Source: Eledone cirrhosa
Taxonomy: Eukaryota
Direction of reading: 5' to 3'
NCBI GenBank assembly: GCA_964016885.1
Contig: OZ024744.1
Location: forward strand, 131,750,001-131,814,000
Length of the DNA stretch: 64,000 bases
Of this stretch, positions 63,701 to 64,000 are shown in pieces; positions within the stretch are counted from its first letter, which is position 1, and each line of letters starts with the position of its first letter. The position numbers and the translations under genes are program-made. The notes under the pieces are model-generated. The model searched no databases. It had not been told where the DNA came from and saw only the letters and a list, made by a program, of their open reading frames with translations.

Positions 63701-64000
63701 TTAAGTTAACTTGGGGCTAAGTTAAGTTGGGGCTAAGTTAAGTTATGGCTAAGTTAAGTTGGGGTTAAGTTAAGTTGGGGTTAAGTTAAGTTGGGGTTAA
63801 TTTAAATTGGGGTTAAGTTAACTTTGTGGTTAAGTTAAGTTGGGGTTAAGTTAAGTTGGGGTTAAGTTAAGTTGGGGTTGAGTTAAGTTGGGGTTGAGTG
63901 AAGTTGGGGTTAAGTTAAGTTGGGGTTAAGTTAAGTTGGCGTTAAGTTAAGTTGGGGTTGAGTTAAGTTGGGGTTGAGTTAATTTAGGGTTAAGTTAAGT
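60770..64000 (+). repeat. Diverged copy of about 120-3380 (and 20450-23710)
   Basis: Same variant order around a solitary island. The rare AAGTTATGGCT marker is at ~3118, ~23451 and ~63740. Confidence 0.78.
62986..63410 (-). repeat. Inverted satellite island 13 (425 bp)
   Basis: C-rich orientation with the same junctions. Confidence 0.97.

Larger units (their letters stand above)
1..64000 (+). repeat. Satellite DNA array, 16-bp monomer TTAAGTTAAGTTGGGG (5+5+6 substructure), ~4,000 copies, running off both window ends
   Basis: The consensus recurs continuously from the first to the last base. It carries point variants (e.g. TTGAG, CTAAG, TTGCGG, TTGTGG, GGGGGTA) and occasional 11-, 15- and 17-bp monomers. 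No non-repeat sequence was seen. Confidence 0.99.

Noticed and set aside
1-64000. Protein-coding ORFs
   Set aside because: Each monomer has two TTAA, giving TAA on both strands, and the 16-bp period rotates them through all frames, so all six frames close quickly in the standard code. Under a TAA=Gln code some frames would open, but frequent non-triplet indels and inversions argue against coding.
1-64000. CRISPR array
   Set aside because: Repeats are directly abutting with no unique spacers, leader or cas genes.

Overview
The whole 64 kb window is one degenerate satellite array. Its 16-bp consensus is TTAAG-TTAAG-TTGGGG, about 4,000 monomers, G/T-rich and almost C-free on the + strand. I found no protein-coding genes, RNA genes, CRISPR arrays or transposons. 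The structure of interest lies in how the array is organised. (1) Thirteen short islands (280-425 bp) carry the repeat in reverse orientation, all bounded by the same two palindromic junctions, so they are copies of a single ancestral inversion. (2) There is a nested hierarchy of higher-order duplications: a variant cassette recurring every ~1.1-2.5 kb, exact periods of 1,904, 5,721 and 20,333 bp, and an older ~14 kb copy. (3) The monomer resembles telomeric repeats and has G-quadruplex/i-motif potential. It is most likely eukaryotic centromeric, pericentromeric or (sub)telomeric heterochromatin. The organism and function cannot be determined from the sequence alone. Offsets were derived by eye from diagnostic variants, so duplication boundaries are approximate.
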